Made by a program: the position numbers and the translations under genes
The notes under the pieces: generated by a model
The model's input: only the letters and a program-made list of their open reading frames with translations
The model's database searches: none
What the model was told of the DNA's origin: nothing
Shown: in pieces, positions 46,999-62,420 of the stretch
Position numbering within the stretch: the stretch's first letter is position 1
Layout: the number at the start of each line of letters is the position of its first letter
NCBI RefSeq assembly: GCF_009914755.1
Contig: NC_060932.1
DNA from: the human T2T-CHM13v2.0 reference genome, Homo sapiens
Direction: 5' to 3' (one strand)
DNA length: 64,000 nucleotides

Positions 46999-48439
46999 CT
47001 GAAAGATTAAAAAAAATTAAATTTTTGCTGACCTTTTACTGACAGATGCTATGAGTAGGAGACAACATAAACACTGAAAAATTATCTGTAGTTCCTCCTT
47101 CCTATTTTAACACTTTCTCTCTTAAATCTAGCTCTGTGTTTATTTAGTTTAATTTCCAAAGACATGATGTTATATCCTGAATATTTATTACGTGTTTTTT
47201 CACTAAAACACTCTGGGGTTTGGGTAAGAGAGTAATTAAAAAAAAATTCTGGTGGATTTGGTCTTTCTAAAATCACCTTACTGTGTGATGAGATCTTCTA
47301 AAACCTGACTCCACATAATCCTAACCAATCTCTCCCATCCCACTTTCTAAAATGAACATTCCACTCTGCTTAGATATATCTACAATGACTGGTCAGTAAG
47401 TATAAAAATCTTAACATGGAGCAAAAAAATCTACATATAGACCAAGAAGTCTGTATTTGAGATAATAAAATGAACATATATGTCATTACTGTATTTGTAA
47501 AACATGGAAATGTGCAGAAGTATTTTAAATATAAAGTTTGTAAAAAGTTTTCCTTAAAACAAGCTGAGGTTGAGAAGAGTATCCTAAAAGAGGGTAACAT
47601 TTAAACTCCCCTATTGGGAGTTTTTATCTCATATCAGAGGCTACCTGAACATATTATGGAGTTCTCTAAAATACAGGGCAACGCAATGAAAACAAAATTT
47701 GGAAAAGAAAACATCCACTGCTATGAGTAGAAGACACCATTAAGAGGCTAGAAAAAAGAAAGGAGAAGTAAGAAGAAACCTACTGCAGTAGTCTAGCATT
47801 TAACCAGCTCTAGCACCAAGTTTGAGAAATTACTAAGAGTAACTGCAATGCTTGGATGTAAGTGAGGAAGAAAGAAATTGGGTTGTAATTCTTATGGAGG
47901 TCAGCAAAACTTTAAAGAAGGTGAACTGGGGAAATTTTTACATTTAACTGACAGTAGTAAGACATTAAATTGGATTTGTAATTGAGAAAGAGATGGGAGA
48001 AAAGTGAAACTGCTAGGTTGTAGTGTAAGTAATTTAACCCCTTTTGGCTGCAATTTAATGTCTATAAACCTAAAAGATGTAGATTCTAACATCCTCTTGT
48101 GCTTTGAAATTTAAGACTGTGTAAAATAAGACTACGGAAGGATTATAAGAATAAAAGTGAAATGTAATTATAGAATGCAATTTACAGATATGTAATATAA
48201 ATGGGGATATAAATCTTTATGGATATTTCATATCCATATTTTCATCTTTATATATAAACACAATTCCTCTCCTTCAGGCCTCATACTCTATTTCTAAGAG
48301 CCGATCAGTATTATAGGTAAATAACATATTTTAAAATGTGAGTTTGTTCTTTAGTGCATTTTAAGTTGTTATACTTTTAATTTGTTTGATGAAGAAAAGT
48401 GAAGTTTCTGTCTGGCTGCTTTCCAAGTCACCTAAATTA

Positions 48440-48865
<426 letters not shown>

Positions 48866-48955
48866 TCATAAACAAGCATTTTATGTGTAATCTGAAATTA
48901 CTCAGTTCACTATAGGACTTACAAAATATCATAGCATCATAGCACATAAACTAAC

Positions 48956-49025
48956 CTTACATAGGGTACAGGGTCATTCTGAATCATATTAAGTAGCCAT
49001 TGCAGTTCTTCATAACTTCTGTCCA
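48956..49025 (-). CDS. TAF2: TAF2 coding exon: (V)DRSYEELQWLLNMIQNDPVPYV(R)
   Basis: tttcag|TGGAC ... GTAAG|gttagt; 70 nt, phase 1 to 2, compatible with both neighbours. Confidence 0.92.
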
Positions 49026-49715
49026 CTGAAAATAAAAGAAAATATATTTGTTGTTAATTATAACAAATTAAATAATGAATAATGAGTGACAAGCAGGGAG
49101 TTTACATTTAATATTTAGGACTCTGCCTTAGCTGAGTTTTCAATCAGAGTTGAAGGTTATAGGTAAGCTCTTATATTTTTATGCAATGGCCACTTTGTAA
49201 CTTTTATAAGTATCAAGCTATATATTAGAGCCAAGACATAAAGTTGCATCAATAATGTATTTTTTTACTAAAGTTCAAACCAATGGCAAGCATAACATAA
49301 AGCAAGTTGTAATTAAGAACCCTAAATTACAGATGATTAACTGGACAAAATCTGTTTAAATACAATTGTCTTCCTAGATGCTTAAATGATGGAGAGGTTT
49401 GACACTCAATGGTATCTCAACTATATTATATAGTATAGTCCACTGTTTTTGCCCAAGTGGCTTCTTCCATTTAAGACTAAAGAACAGTTTTACTTTTCAA
49501 GCATAATATAAAAGGCAGTTACAAAAATAGTGCTATGAATATAGTTGACATAAAATGACTAGCTATTTCCATTCACCTTTTCAAACAAGTTTTACTTTCA
49601 TAATTTGAAAAGCTGTGTCTTCAGAATTTTATTTGCAATACTTTTCATTTCTTCCATTTTCTAACTTGAGTACCAGTATTTAAATTCATAGTTTAACAAA
49701 ACATGAAGTCTGAAG

Positions 49716-49823
49716 TCATAGTTCACATTTAGACATGGACAAAAGCGAAGTGTCACAATTAAATTATATTCATAGTTCACATTTAGACACGGACAAAAGT
49801 GAAGTGTCACAATTAAATTACAT
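49716..49823. repeat. 54-bp tandem duplication
   Basis: tcatagttcacatttagaca...gaagtgtcacaattaaatta at 49716 and 49770. Confidence 0.92.
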
Positions 49824-51481
49824 CTATTAAAGTTTAGCATTCTTTTGAAAATCCTAATATTAGTATTCTATTTCATTTAAGGTAGTACTAACTTATAAAA
49901 TCTTACTCATATTTATGAGACATTAAAAACTATCCATACATCTTGGGAAAGAAGACTGGCAACAATGACATATTTGGTGGATCTCAAAACTTGTCAAAAC
50001 AGAAATGGAGAGAGATATAGGATTACATTTTCTTTCATGCCAAAAAATACATTTAACAACAAAATCACTGTTTTTATAAATAATTATTTCTAACAGGAAA
50101 GGATATTTTAACCTTCAATAAAAAGGAAGCACAAATGACAGTCCTTTTCGAAGTTGGGTCAACACATAAGAATATACACATTATGCTGTTATTACCCTTT
50201 ATTTTCTGACTGTAAACAAGTATTTCTACAGAAATTTACCAAAAATTACAAAGATGTAAGTATACTTTCCCCTACTTAAAAATGAACCAGTATCTACTGA
50301 AGAACTTCTCTCAGCCCTTCCTCTCCTTCCACAGTCAGATAAAAGTTTAGCATACTTTTAAGTTTTTTACTCCTCTCATATTTTAGTGCTAGAATCTGGA
50401 ATTTTAGACTTAGATTATATTTCCATGTTTCTTCTATTTTCATATTTTTTAAAAATTATTTTTGAAATATGCATTACATTTTACAACCAGTTTAACAAAT
50501 ATTTAGGCTTAAGTATTTGACAGGCATAATTATTCATCACTAGTTCTTTCATTTCACATTTTCACCAGTCTTGAGTTATTATTTTGACTCACATCCAGGT
50601 CAGCTGAAAATTATCTTTGGGAGTTATGTTTTTAAGAATGTTACATAAGAGATGCAGCTTTAATTCTCCAAGGCTACATGAGCAACAACTTTGGCAAAGC
50701 AGAAAATCTTGGGTCATAATTTTCCCTAAAAATGACATAGCCATTTGTTCACTGTCTTTTGAATCTACATATTCTAAAGAATTCAGAGGCCACACTATTC
50801 TTTTGCCTTGCACCATAATCTGGTTCTGATAGTCCTAGAAACTCACACATTTTCCCTTAGCCTTAAAAATTAAAATTTCATCAGAAACTACTGTAGGTCT
50901 GCTTCATTTACGCCCCCCCAGAGTATTCTGTTGTTTCTTGGATTACAGCTTGTCTTCTACCTGCTCTATTCTTCACGACTTTTTAACATTTCCATCTCTG
51001 TATCTTTCTCCCCTAAATTAAAAAAAAATATGTGTATTCTTCCCTTAGCGACTTTTTTGGCCTTATGTTTTTTCTATATTCATGATGCCTTGCCTAATTC
51101 CCCTCCTGAAGTTTGTGTTTATGTCTAGTCCTCTACTTTCACAGACACAAATTTTTATACAGGTGTGAGATGTTTTCTTGAATCCTTCTTAGAAATTTCT
51201 CAAAAATATTCTATTTCCTAAAATAACGTCCAATTAAAGCTACAGGATGAAAACTGACTTCTTGGAAAGGCTAAAGATACCTATAATTTTATTCCTTTCC
51301 CTCATTTATTAACTCTTATGTGAATTCTACATTTATCAAAGATGATTTCTAAATCACTAAGTCAAGAATTTAAAATTAAAATATCTGTGTTATACATATT
51401 ACGAAAACCCCAACAACACTGGCTTTAAAAAGTAAATAGTTCTTTCTAAAATGATATGAGCACGTATTTCTAAAGTATTAC

Positions 51482-51621
51482 CTTTAGTATAATCAACAAC
51501 TGCTTCCAAAGCTGCTATCCTAATGTCCACAAAGTGGCCATATTCAGCATAAGATTTAAAAAGAGCTGGATCACTTGGCACATGTCCGTTCTTCTGAAGT
51601 ACCCGTATGGCTCTCAAACAA
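51482..51621 (-). CDS. TAF2: TAF2 coding exon: (S)CLRAIRVLQKNGHVPSDPALFKSYAEYGHFVDIRIAALEAVVDYTK(V)
   Basis: ttccctag|TTGT ... AAAG|gtaata; 140 nt, phase 2 to 1; lies inside ORF 51399..51656. Confidence 0.95.
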
Positions 51622-51758
51622 CTAGGGAAAAAAATACGTATGTTAACTACTTTCACTGAGGTATTATGAATCAGTTTGTTTCCTAGGCATTAGAGAATCC
51701 TTTGTGGCAATCAATTTAAAAACTGATGTGATTTTAATCCACCTTCAATTTTGTAATA

Positions 51759-52333
51759 GAGTCACAAGCCATATAAAAGACATCTTAGTCAATGATGAAC
51801 TGCATATACAATGGTGGTCCAGTAAGCTAAAATTAATTTATCACTAAAGAAAAAATATTTTTAATATGTTTAGTGTAGTCTAAGTCCACAGTGTTTATTA
51901 TGTCTACTGTAGTGTACAATAATAATGTCCTATACCTTCACATTCACTCACTACTCACTCACTGATAAACCCACAGCAGCTTCCAGGCCTGCAAGCTCCA
52001 TTTATCTTATGGTAAGTGTCCTATACAGGGGTAACATTTATTATCTTTTATACCGTATTTTTACCATACCTTTCATATGTTTGGATATGTTTAAATATAT
52101 AAGTACTTACCATTGTGTTATCAATTACCCACAGTATTCAGTATAGTAACATGCTTTACAGCTTTATAGCCTAAGAGCAACAGAGCAACAGGCTATACCA
52201 TAAAGCCTAGGTATACAGCAGGCTACACCATCTAGTTTGTGTAAATATATGCTGTGACATTTGCATAAACAACAAAATTGCCTAAAGACTAATTTCTCAG
52301 AACATATCCCTGTTGTTAAGTGACATATAAGTA
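51759..52333 (+). mobile_element. Tigger3 (Golem)-type DNA transposon remnant
   Basis: gtcaatgatgaactgcatatacaatggtggtcc ... tctcagaacatatccctgttgttaagtgacat are CpG-decayed Tigger3 termini. Confidence 0.75.
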
Positions 52334-52385
52334 TAATAAATTTTTGCAATGATAAAAATTCAAAATTAATATCTAAAGTCTGTTA

Positions 52386-52700
<315 letters not shown>

Positions 52701-53297
52701 AAACAAATCCCAAAACTCAAAGTTTCAAGTGTCATTATACTTGTTACAGGAATAGTTTTAAGAAAAAGAAGTATTTAGCATAAAATATAAATATTTTCTC
52801 CAAATGTTTTAGTAATATAGTTTGTTCACTATATAGAAAGTTAAAATTGTTTATGTTTGAATCAACTTTTAGCAAACTCTTAAATTGGCAGAACTGCATG
52901 ATAGCCATATAAAGCTGGTAAAAGTGAAAAGTCATCTTAAAAAAAGGCTAACAATAGAGAATGTTTATATAAAATCCAACGAAATAAAAGAATATGCAGA
53001 CATCAAAGCAATGCTTATGAAGAATTTGTGATGACATGAGAAAGTATGATATAAACAGAATACAAAACTACATATACAGTATAATCTCAAGTAATTAAAA
53101 ATTTATGTAGTTAAAGAGAGAAAAAATTTAGAAGGACATTCTCCAAATACTAATAATTTATCTGTGGGTGGTAGAATCATACAGAATTTTAGTTTTCTCA
53201 TTTTACTTTACTATATTTCCCAATTTTCTATAACAAAAATAAATTTCTTTTACAGTTATAAGAACATATAACTTTAAAGTAAGGAATTTAATCATAC

Positions 53298-53491
53298 CTG
53301 ACAGTGATGGTATGCCTGTAACTCGGAAGAAGTTTTTCCATATTCAAAAATCTGGTGATTTCTTCAAGAATGAGTCGCACATCAGGATTTAAGTTATCCA
53401 AAGTTCTAACTTCATTATTCACACTGACTGCAGGTGTAACAGAGTTGGCCAGGGCATCAATCATTTCTGCACGATAATAGTTATCTGAAAA
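53298..53491 (-). CDS. TAF2: TAF2 coding exon (probably exon 19 of 26): FSDNYYRAEMIDALANSVTPAVSVNNEVRTLDNLNPDVRLILEEITRFLNMEKLLPSYRHTITVS
   Basis: Boundaries ggcctag|TTTTCA ... GTCAG|gtatga; 194 nt, phase 0 to 2; open frame that joins the next exon in frame; peptide recognised as TAF2. Exon numbering is from memory. Confidence 0.93.
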
Positions 53492-54330
53492 CTAGGCCAA
53501 AGAAAAATTAAGTGAAGATAACAAAATTAACTCTTCTGATCAAAATTAACAAAATAAAATTTGTATAATTACATTTTAGATAAAATAAAAATTTTCCCAA
53601 AACACAAGCAAGTCCTCTGGTAAACATTCAACTCCACCCTTTGCATGTGGTCACTCTGAAAACAGTAAGAGATTCACTATAACAATACATTAGTTTACTG
53701 ATGGAAAACTAATGATAGAAAATAGGAGGAAAGCATAAAGAAACTGGAGGGTTAATGTAGGAGTTCTAGCCAGAGAAACAGAAAAAAGAAGGAAGCCACT
53801 AAAAAAAAAAACAAATCCTAATCTACATGGCAGTCAATTCTCATAGAAGCAATTTATTGAAAGGTGACCTGGATATGGCTTGATTTATACTCAGCAAATC
53901 AGATGCTGTGGCCAGGGAAATTCAACATGGAGCAAGCAAATGAATTCTATCAGCATGCTGAGAATATTTTGTGATAACACAAACTGCCAAGAGACTGGAA
54001 GAAGACTATCTGCCCGCTATTGACTTCTATTGTGGAGGCAGAAGCTCACACTGACACACATAATGCAGAGTCCCTAAACATTTTTATGTTCAAATACGGG
54101 GCAGGAAAAAAAGCAAGGCACATACAAACAAACAACACCAAAGAAAAAATACCCCAAAAGTATTCACTATAAAGTTTTGCTTTCAGACCACTATAATGAT
54201 TGAAATTTTAATTTCTATAGCTTCAGTTTACTGGAGCCACAGAAAACAATCATGTGACTTTGGGTAAATCTCTTAACTTTTATAAGCCTCAATCTTCTCA
54301 CATGAAAACTGGGACAATAATAGTATTTAA

Positions 54331-55078
<748 letters not shown>

Positions 55079-57094
55079 TCAGCGGTCTGGTGGGGATATT
55101 AGATCATCTATGTTTTGGCATAAGGCATGGAACACACAAGAACTTATTATTAGTGTTACCTATTGTAGTTATTATTTGCATTTACGCTATCCTTAGTATT
55201 CTGAAGTACTAAGTCATATAAAACTACTGAATTTACAACACCTAACTATAAAAACTGATTAGCCTTCTTTTCAAAATGAAAACACAGTGAGTCTTATGTG
55301 GTTCCACAACAATAATGAAGTATAAAATTTAATAATATACCAGTGTGTGCCACACAAAATCATAAATGATGACAAGCATAATGGCATGCTGTAAAGTAAC
55401 ATGGTAATACTAAAAACATTACCACACAAATGGGTAGCAGGGCCTTACAGCACAATTCCCAGAATACATTTCCTGTGTAATTTTAGACTCTCAATTTCTG
55501 TGTCTTACTTTTGTCAAACAAGGGTTGACAAACACCTTCAACCACAGGAATAGGCACATTTCAAAGAATTTAAGATGAGTAAAATCACTATACAAAGTAG
55601 AAAGAAGTATAAAGGAATTAAATTATATAAATACTCCACAAAAAAAAGACATAATGTATAAAACATCTTCCTCTTCCATTTGAATATAATGTGATTTGCC
55701 ACCATCCTAAATTCTAATTTCTTCAAGTAAAGAAAATTCAAGTGTAGGGGAAAAAAGGAACACTAAAAATTAAGGCCAAAATAAACCAGCAGACTAGGAA
55801 GGAAAGAATCTTACCAAAATGTCTTTAATTTTTTATTAAAAAAATACGTATTTTAAATCCAGAAGACAGTAGGTCAGGTATAACAGTTCTCAAAGGAAAT
55901 AAAATATCTGGTTGAGAGGAAATTTAAATCTAATTTATCTCCACTGTTGTGTTTTTGCTATTATACAATGTAATAAGTTCTGCGGGCTTTGTGATTAAAG
56001 GAGATAAATTAAATACTTCCTAAATAGTAGCCAGATAATGATTGAGAAAGTGACTGTGACACAGAGACACAATTAAATGAATATATAAATATAGGCATCT
56101 AGTACTTGTCAAGTGTTCTGGAGACACAGAGATAAGATGACTTCTTCAAGACAAGAACTATTTTATTTGCAAGCAAAACAGAAAAAAGAGTAAGAAGACA
56201 GGAAAAGTAATCAAATTGTTCCAGGAGTCAAGAAAACAAAACAAAATGAAACAATGCATCCTATCAGGAGGATACGCTGATCTTAGAAAAATAAGGAGTT
56301 TTTCAATAGGTAGAGGAAGGAGAAAGGCACCCTTGGGTTAAGGAGACAACATTAACAAAAGTACAAGAGGCATGAAAATGAGTATGTTAAAGGAAAAGTT
56401 ACTGATGCAACTTCACGGTAAAGGGGTACAAAGCTGGAGGGGTGGACTGGGACCACCAACATTCAAAATGTTTTTGAATGCCATGCATAAACTTACTTAT
56501 AAGCACTGGACAGTCTTTGAAGGTTTTTAAGAAGGGAATTTTTTTAAGGAGGAAAGAAATTCAGGTGAGCTCCATCACAAAGATTACTCTGGTTTAATTA
56601 TAAAAATATTTTAAGAGGAAAGGTATTGGGATATTGAGCTAGGAATGATGATAATGTTGCAACTGCTAATGATAGGTAACATAACTGTCGGGATTCCTCT
56701 AAGTGCCTTACATATATTATCTTGTGTAATCTCCACAAAAACCCTATGAGATAGAGGTACTATTACTAACACGCTTTTTCTTAATAGATGAAGAAACTAA
56801 GACACTGAGATTAAGTAATTTGCTCAAGATGACACACGTTTTTCAGGAGTCCAGGGAAGAATAAAGGCCTGAACTAGGATGCTGAAATAGAAAAGACGAT
56901 GTAGGTATCACAGCTGCTGAAAGGAAGAATCAAGTCTTATGCTTGGTGATATACACTACAACTATGATATTACATTCAATTTAACTTCACAAATAGATTC
57001 ATTTTTACAACTTTATCTCAGCTAACCTACTTAGCGATTTAGGAATCTATTGTAATAAACTATTTCTATATTTCTTAATATTATCCCCACACAT

Positions 57095-57303
57095 CAGTGG
57101 TTCTCAACACAATTCTGCCCGTCAGACTTTCTGGCAATGTCTAGAGAGATTTCTGGATATCATAACTGAGGTAAGGGGTGCTACAAGCATTTAATGGGTA
57201 GAAGCCAGGGATACTGCTAAACATGCTGCTGTGTACAGGACAGCCCCACAACAAAGAATTATCCAACCCGAAATATTAGAGGTGCCATGATTGAGAAAAC
57301 CTG
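57095..57303 (+). mobile_element. MER20 (hAT-Charlie)
   Basis: CAGTGGTTCTCAAC...GGGTAGAAGCCAGGGATACTGCTAAACAT...TTGAGAAAACCTG. Confidence 0.8.
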
Positions 57304-57399
57304 TTATACATGAAAGAGTATGAATATTTTACATCATAAAGCTACAGCATGAATAAGGCTGGATAGTCTATGGAAGTTCTGCTTACCAGTGACGACTTA

Positions 57400-57735
57400 T
57401 GGTGGCTCACACCTGTAATCCCAGCACTTTGGGAGGCTGAGGTGGGTGGATTACTTGAGGTCAGGAGTTTGAGACAAGCCTGGCCAAAACAGTGAAACCC
57501 TGTCTCCACTAAACATACAAAAATTAGCTGAGTGTGGTACAAAAATTAGCTGAGTGTGGTACAAAAATTAGCTGAGCATGGTGGTGGATGCCTGTAATCC
57601 CAGCTACTCGGGAAGTTGAGGCAGGAGAATTGCTTGAACCCAGGAGGCAGAGGTTGCTGTGGGCCGAGATCACACCGCTGTACTCCAGCCTGGGCAGGAG
57701 AGCAAGACTCTCTCTCAAAAAAATAACAAAAAAAA
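57400..57735 (+). mobile_element. Alu with an internal 22-bp triplication
   Basis: Alu body containing three copies of TACAAAAATTAGCTGAGTGTGG, the third slightly diverged. Confidence 0.88.
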
Positions 57736-60645
57736 GTTGCTGATGGAAGATACATGATATATGTAGGTATATAGTAACCTCTTCTGGAAAAGTATATAAA
57801 TAGGGTAAAGAAGCGCTCTCAAAATCATTTAAAAAAGTGTTACACATGCTTTCTGATTTACACACATACACATATGTGCACACACCTGCATATATCTTCT
57901 GATTCTGTAAGCCTCCACAAATTTAATTCATATGACACAGAACTGACAGCCACTTACTATAGGGGGATAAACAGGACTACCTTCCAATCTCATCAATTCT
58001 TATAATGTGATTGATATAACTTTGTGGAGGAAGAGTATCTAAAATGAAATAAAAATATAGATTAATATATTAACACTGAGGTTCCGGTTCAAGATGGTTG
58101 ATTAGAAGTAGCTAGTGGGTGCCTCTCTCACAGACAGGAATCAAAGTAACAAGTAAATATGAACAATTCAACTATTATCATCTTAAGAGGGCATGCTGTA
58201 ATTCATCAGAGAAGCGACGGGAATCATGGAAAGCAGAGGAGAGCAAAGCCCAGCAGCCCGCTGAACCAGGGCAAGTGTGGAGCTGGAAGAAGCTCCCGGA
58301 TGTGGGGAAAGGATAAGTGAGTGAGAGATCCCTGGGGTTCCACACTCCTACTAAGAACTTTTACAATCCTAGCAGCAGGGAGCCGACACCTCTTGGCCCC
58401 TCAGGCTTCCAGTCTAATACAGTGAGCTGCCCGGAGACTGTAGAGACGCTGCTGGAGTCTACGTGGAATCCCACAGGCTTTGGCCCCTGAGCAGTCAGGT
58501 GCCAGCTGCTACTGCCCCACCAGGGAAGGAGCAGGCAGACCCGGCATTTTCACACAACCCAAAGACAGATACGGCAGCCACAGTACAGAGCAGCAGGCAG
58601 ACAGCAGAATGTGAAGAAAGTCTGCTTCAGCTACTGTTTGCTGAACAGGTCCCTGCTTCTTCAGCGCTGGGTCCACAGTGCAGCCGCCCTGCCACTGCAT
58701 GTGTATTTTGGCTGTGGCCCAGTGTAGTGAGAGCCCAGCCCCAAGAAGCCAGGGACCTGCCCTTTGGCTCCTGCCACAGCAGTTTTTGTCACCACAGGCC
58801 ACCACAGATGCCACACTGCCACCTCGAGGCCAGGGAGAGAGGGGGAGGCTGAGCACGTTTGCATGTCCCCAACAGCGAAATACACCTCCACTCCTATAAA
58901 AGGGAAGTGCAATCGGGCCACGCATCCCACAGCTGCCAGCCTCCCTTGCTCCAGCTGAGGGAGTCCGCCTTCCTCAGCGAAAGAACAGCAGCACGGCCAC
59001 CCTGCTCCCACCCAACCGTTTCAGCTGCCAGCTGGAGCCCTTCTGAGAGCCCATGCTGACAGGTCTGTGATCAACCCTGGGGTTCCCACCACCTGCGTAT
59101 TCTGCCACCAACTCAGCTGTTACTGCCTGAGGCTTCCCATACACCATCGAGCAGGCCATTTACAGGCTCTGGGCTTGGAGGTTTGCCTCGTCCAGTCCAC
59201 TACCTCCGGCTTTGTACCCCTTTACCATGAAGGTGCATCATTAACTTTTCTCTTCCTTTACACACTGCATTTTCATGCCTCTTGTACTTTTGTTAATGTG
59301 TTCTTAACCCCAGGGCACCATTCTCCTTCCTCTACCTATTGAAAAACTCCTTATTTTTTCCTCTTGGTATTGATTTCTAATTTTATTCCACTGTGGTCTG
59401 AGAAGATACTTGATATGATTTCAATTTTTTTGAATGTATTGAGACTTGCTTTCTGGCCAAGCATATGGTCAATTTGGGGGAATGTTCCACGTGCAGATGA
59501 GAAATACATATTCTGCAGTTGTTGGGTAGAATAATCTGTAAATGTCTATTAGGTCCATCGGGTCTGAGCTTAGGCTGACCCAGCCAGCTGACAGCACCAC
59601 AGCTGACACCCACCTGCATGTGCCAAAAGATGGAGCCCCTCTCCCTCTCTGCTTCAATCAGCAGCATTACCACATTGGAGAACAGGAAAGCCACAGAGCT
59701 GTCTGTATTGGGCTGAGTGAGGAGTTCCAGCGTGAAACCACTCCAGTGGAGAGCCAGGGGAGAGGTGTCTTCTGCGGTTCTCAATCACACTATGGCCTGG
59801 AGACAGACGACAGTGTGCATCTGCATGGAGAGTTATGAGCCCCAGTACAGGAGTGTGACAGGGAAAGAGATCACATTTCTGCCTGTCTAAGACTTGGAGC
59901 TAGTGCAGCCCCCCTGCAGAGACTTCAGTGCATTTCACTAGGAGCTCCACCAGCCACCCCCGTCAGGGCTGAAACAAAAAAGAGTACCACACAGTAAACA
60001 AAGATCAAGTACATACCCATCTGCTTTTACCACAGCTGGCTCTTACCTGGAAGCACCACCTACTGGCCTGTAGGCTGAACTGCATTACCCAACACAAACC
60101 CTAATAACAGAAATACACAGGGCTATAGAAGTACAGCCAAAAAAATACCCTACCCAATATACTGTATAGTTGCACCCTCAAGGTGGGAGGAGAGGAAGAG
60201 TCCCATCCAAACGAAAGTAAATTCAAAAATCAGAAGTGACAACAGCTACAGATGAGAAGGAATGAGCACAACTCCAGCAACACGAAGAAAGAGAATACTG
60301 TGACACACAAGCTCTCTTATCAGTGGATCCTAATGATTTCATTTCATCCTAAATGAAAACTTTGAAATGATGGATGAAGAATTCAAAATATGGATTGAAA
60401 GGAAGCCCAAAGAGACACAAGAGAAAGTTGAAAAGCAATACAAAGAAACCAGAAAAACAATTCAGGAGATGAAAGACCAGATAGATGTATTTTTAGAAGA
60501 GCAACAAACAGAACTTCCAGAAATGAAAAATTCACTTAAAGCACTTCAAAACACAGGTGCAAGCTTTAACAACACACTAGACCAAGCAGAAGAAAGAATT
60601 TCAGAGCTTGAAGACTGGTCTTTCGAATTAACCCAGTCAGAACTG

Positions 60646-60941
<296 letters not shown>

Positions 60942-61661
60942 CAATTTTTTTTTTTTTAAATGAACAAAGTCTTCAAGAAATATGGAATACATAAAGTGAC
61001 CAAACCTGTAACTTATAGGCATTCCTGGGGCAGAAAAAAAAAAGTAGGAAGTTTAGAAAGCATATTTGAGGAAATAATTCAGGAAAATTTCCCCAATCTC
61101 ATTACAGTGATAGATATCCAGACAAGAAATCCAGGTAACAACTGGGAGATAATGATACAAGACAAACCTCACAAAAGCATATAGTGGCCAGACCACCCAA
61201 GGCCAACATAAAAGAACAAATCTTAAAAGCAGCTAGAAAGAAGTGTCAAATCACCTATAAAGGAAATCCCATCAGACTTCTCAGCAGAAACCTTACAAGC
61301 AGGAAGAGATTGGGGGTCTATTTTTCATCTCTTTAAAGACAAAAATTGCCAGCCAAGAATTTTATATCCTGCCAAACCAAGCTTCATAAATGAAGGAAAA
61401 ATAAAGTATTTCCCAGACAAGCAAATCAAGGGGAATTCATCACCACTAGAACAGACCTATAATAAATGCTCAAAGGAGTTCTAAATATAGAAATGAAAGG
61501 ATGACACTCACCAACATAAAAGCACATGCAAGCAGAAAGCTCACAGATCCTATAATTACACAATTAAGGCCCCAAGGCAACTACCCACAACACTATGACA
61601 GGAAGAAAACCTCACATTTCAATATTAACCTTGAACAGAAATGGCATAAATGCTCCACTTA

Positions 61662-62006
<345 letters not shown>

Positions 62007-62123
62007 CTATTGCCTAGAAGAGACCCCCTCAATGACAAAAGACACCTACAGACTCAAAGTAAAGGGATGGAAAAAGATATACTACGCAAATGAAAAATAA
62101 AAGCAAGCAGGAGTAGCCATTCT

Positions 62124-62420
62124 TTTTTACTTTTTTGAGACAGGTTCTCGCTCTGTTGCCCAGGATGGAGTGCTGTGGTGCAACCTCGGCTCACTGCAAC
62201 CTCCCCGTCCTAGGTTCAAGTGACTCTCCTGCCTCAGCCTCCTGAGTAGCTGGGATTACAAGCATGTGCGACCACACCTGGCTAATTTTTGTATTTTCAG
62301 TAGAGACGAGGTTTCACCATGTTGGCCAGGCTGATCTTGTACTCCTGACTTCAAGCAATCTGCCCTCCTCGACCTCCGAAAGTGCTGGGATTACAGGAAT
62401 AAGCCACTGTGCCCGGCCAC
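62124..62420 (-). mobile_element. Alu inserted in L1 ORF2
   Basis: Reverse Alu; TSD gagtagccattct at 62111-62123 and 62421-62433. Confidence 0.9.

Noticed and set aside
58463-59838. Cluster of long GC-rich ORFs on both strands
   Set aside because: They lie in the L1 5'UTR, where high GC content makes stop codons scarce; no coherent protein.
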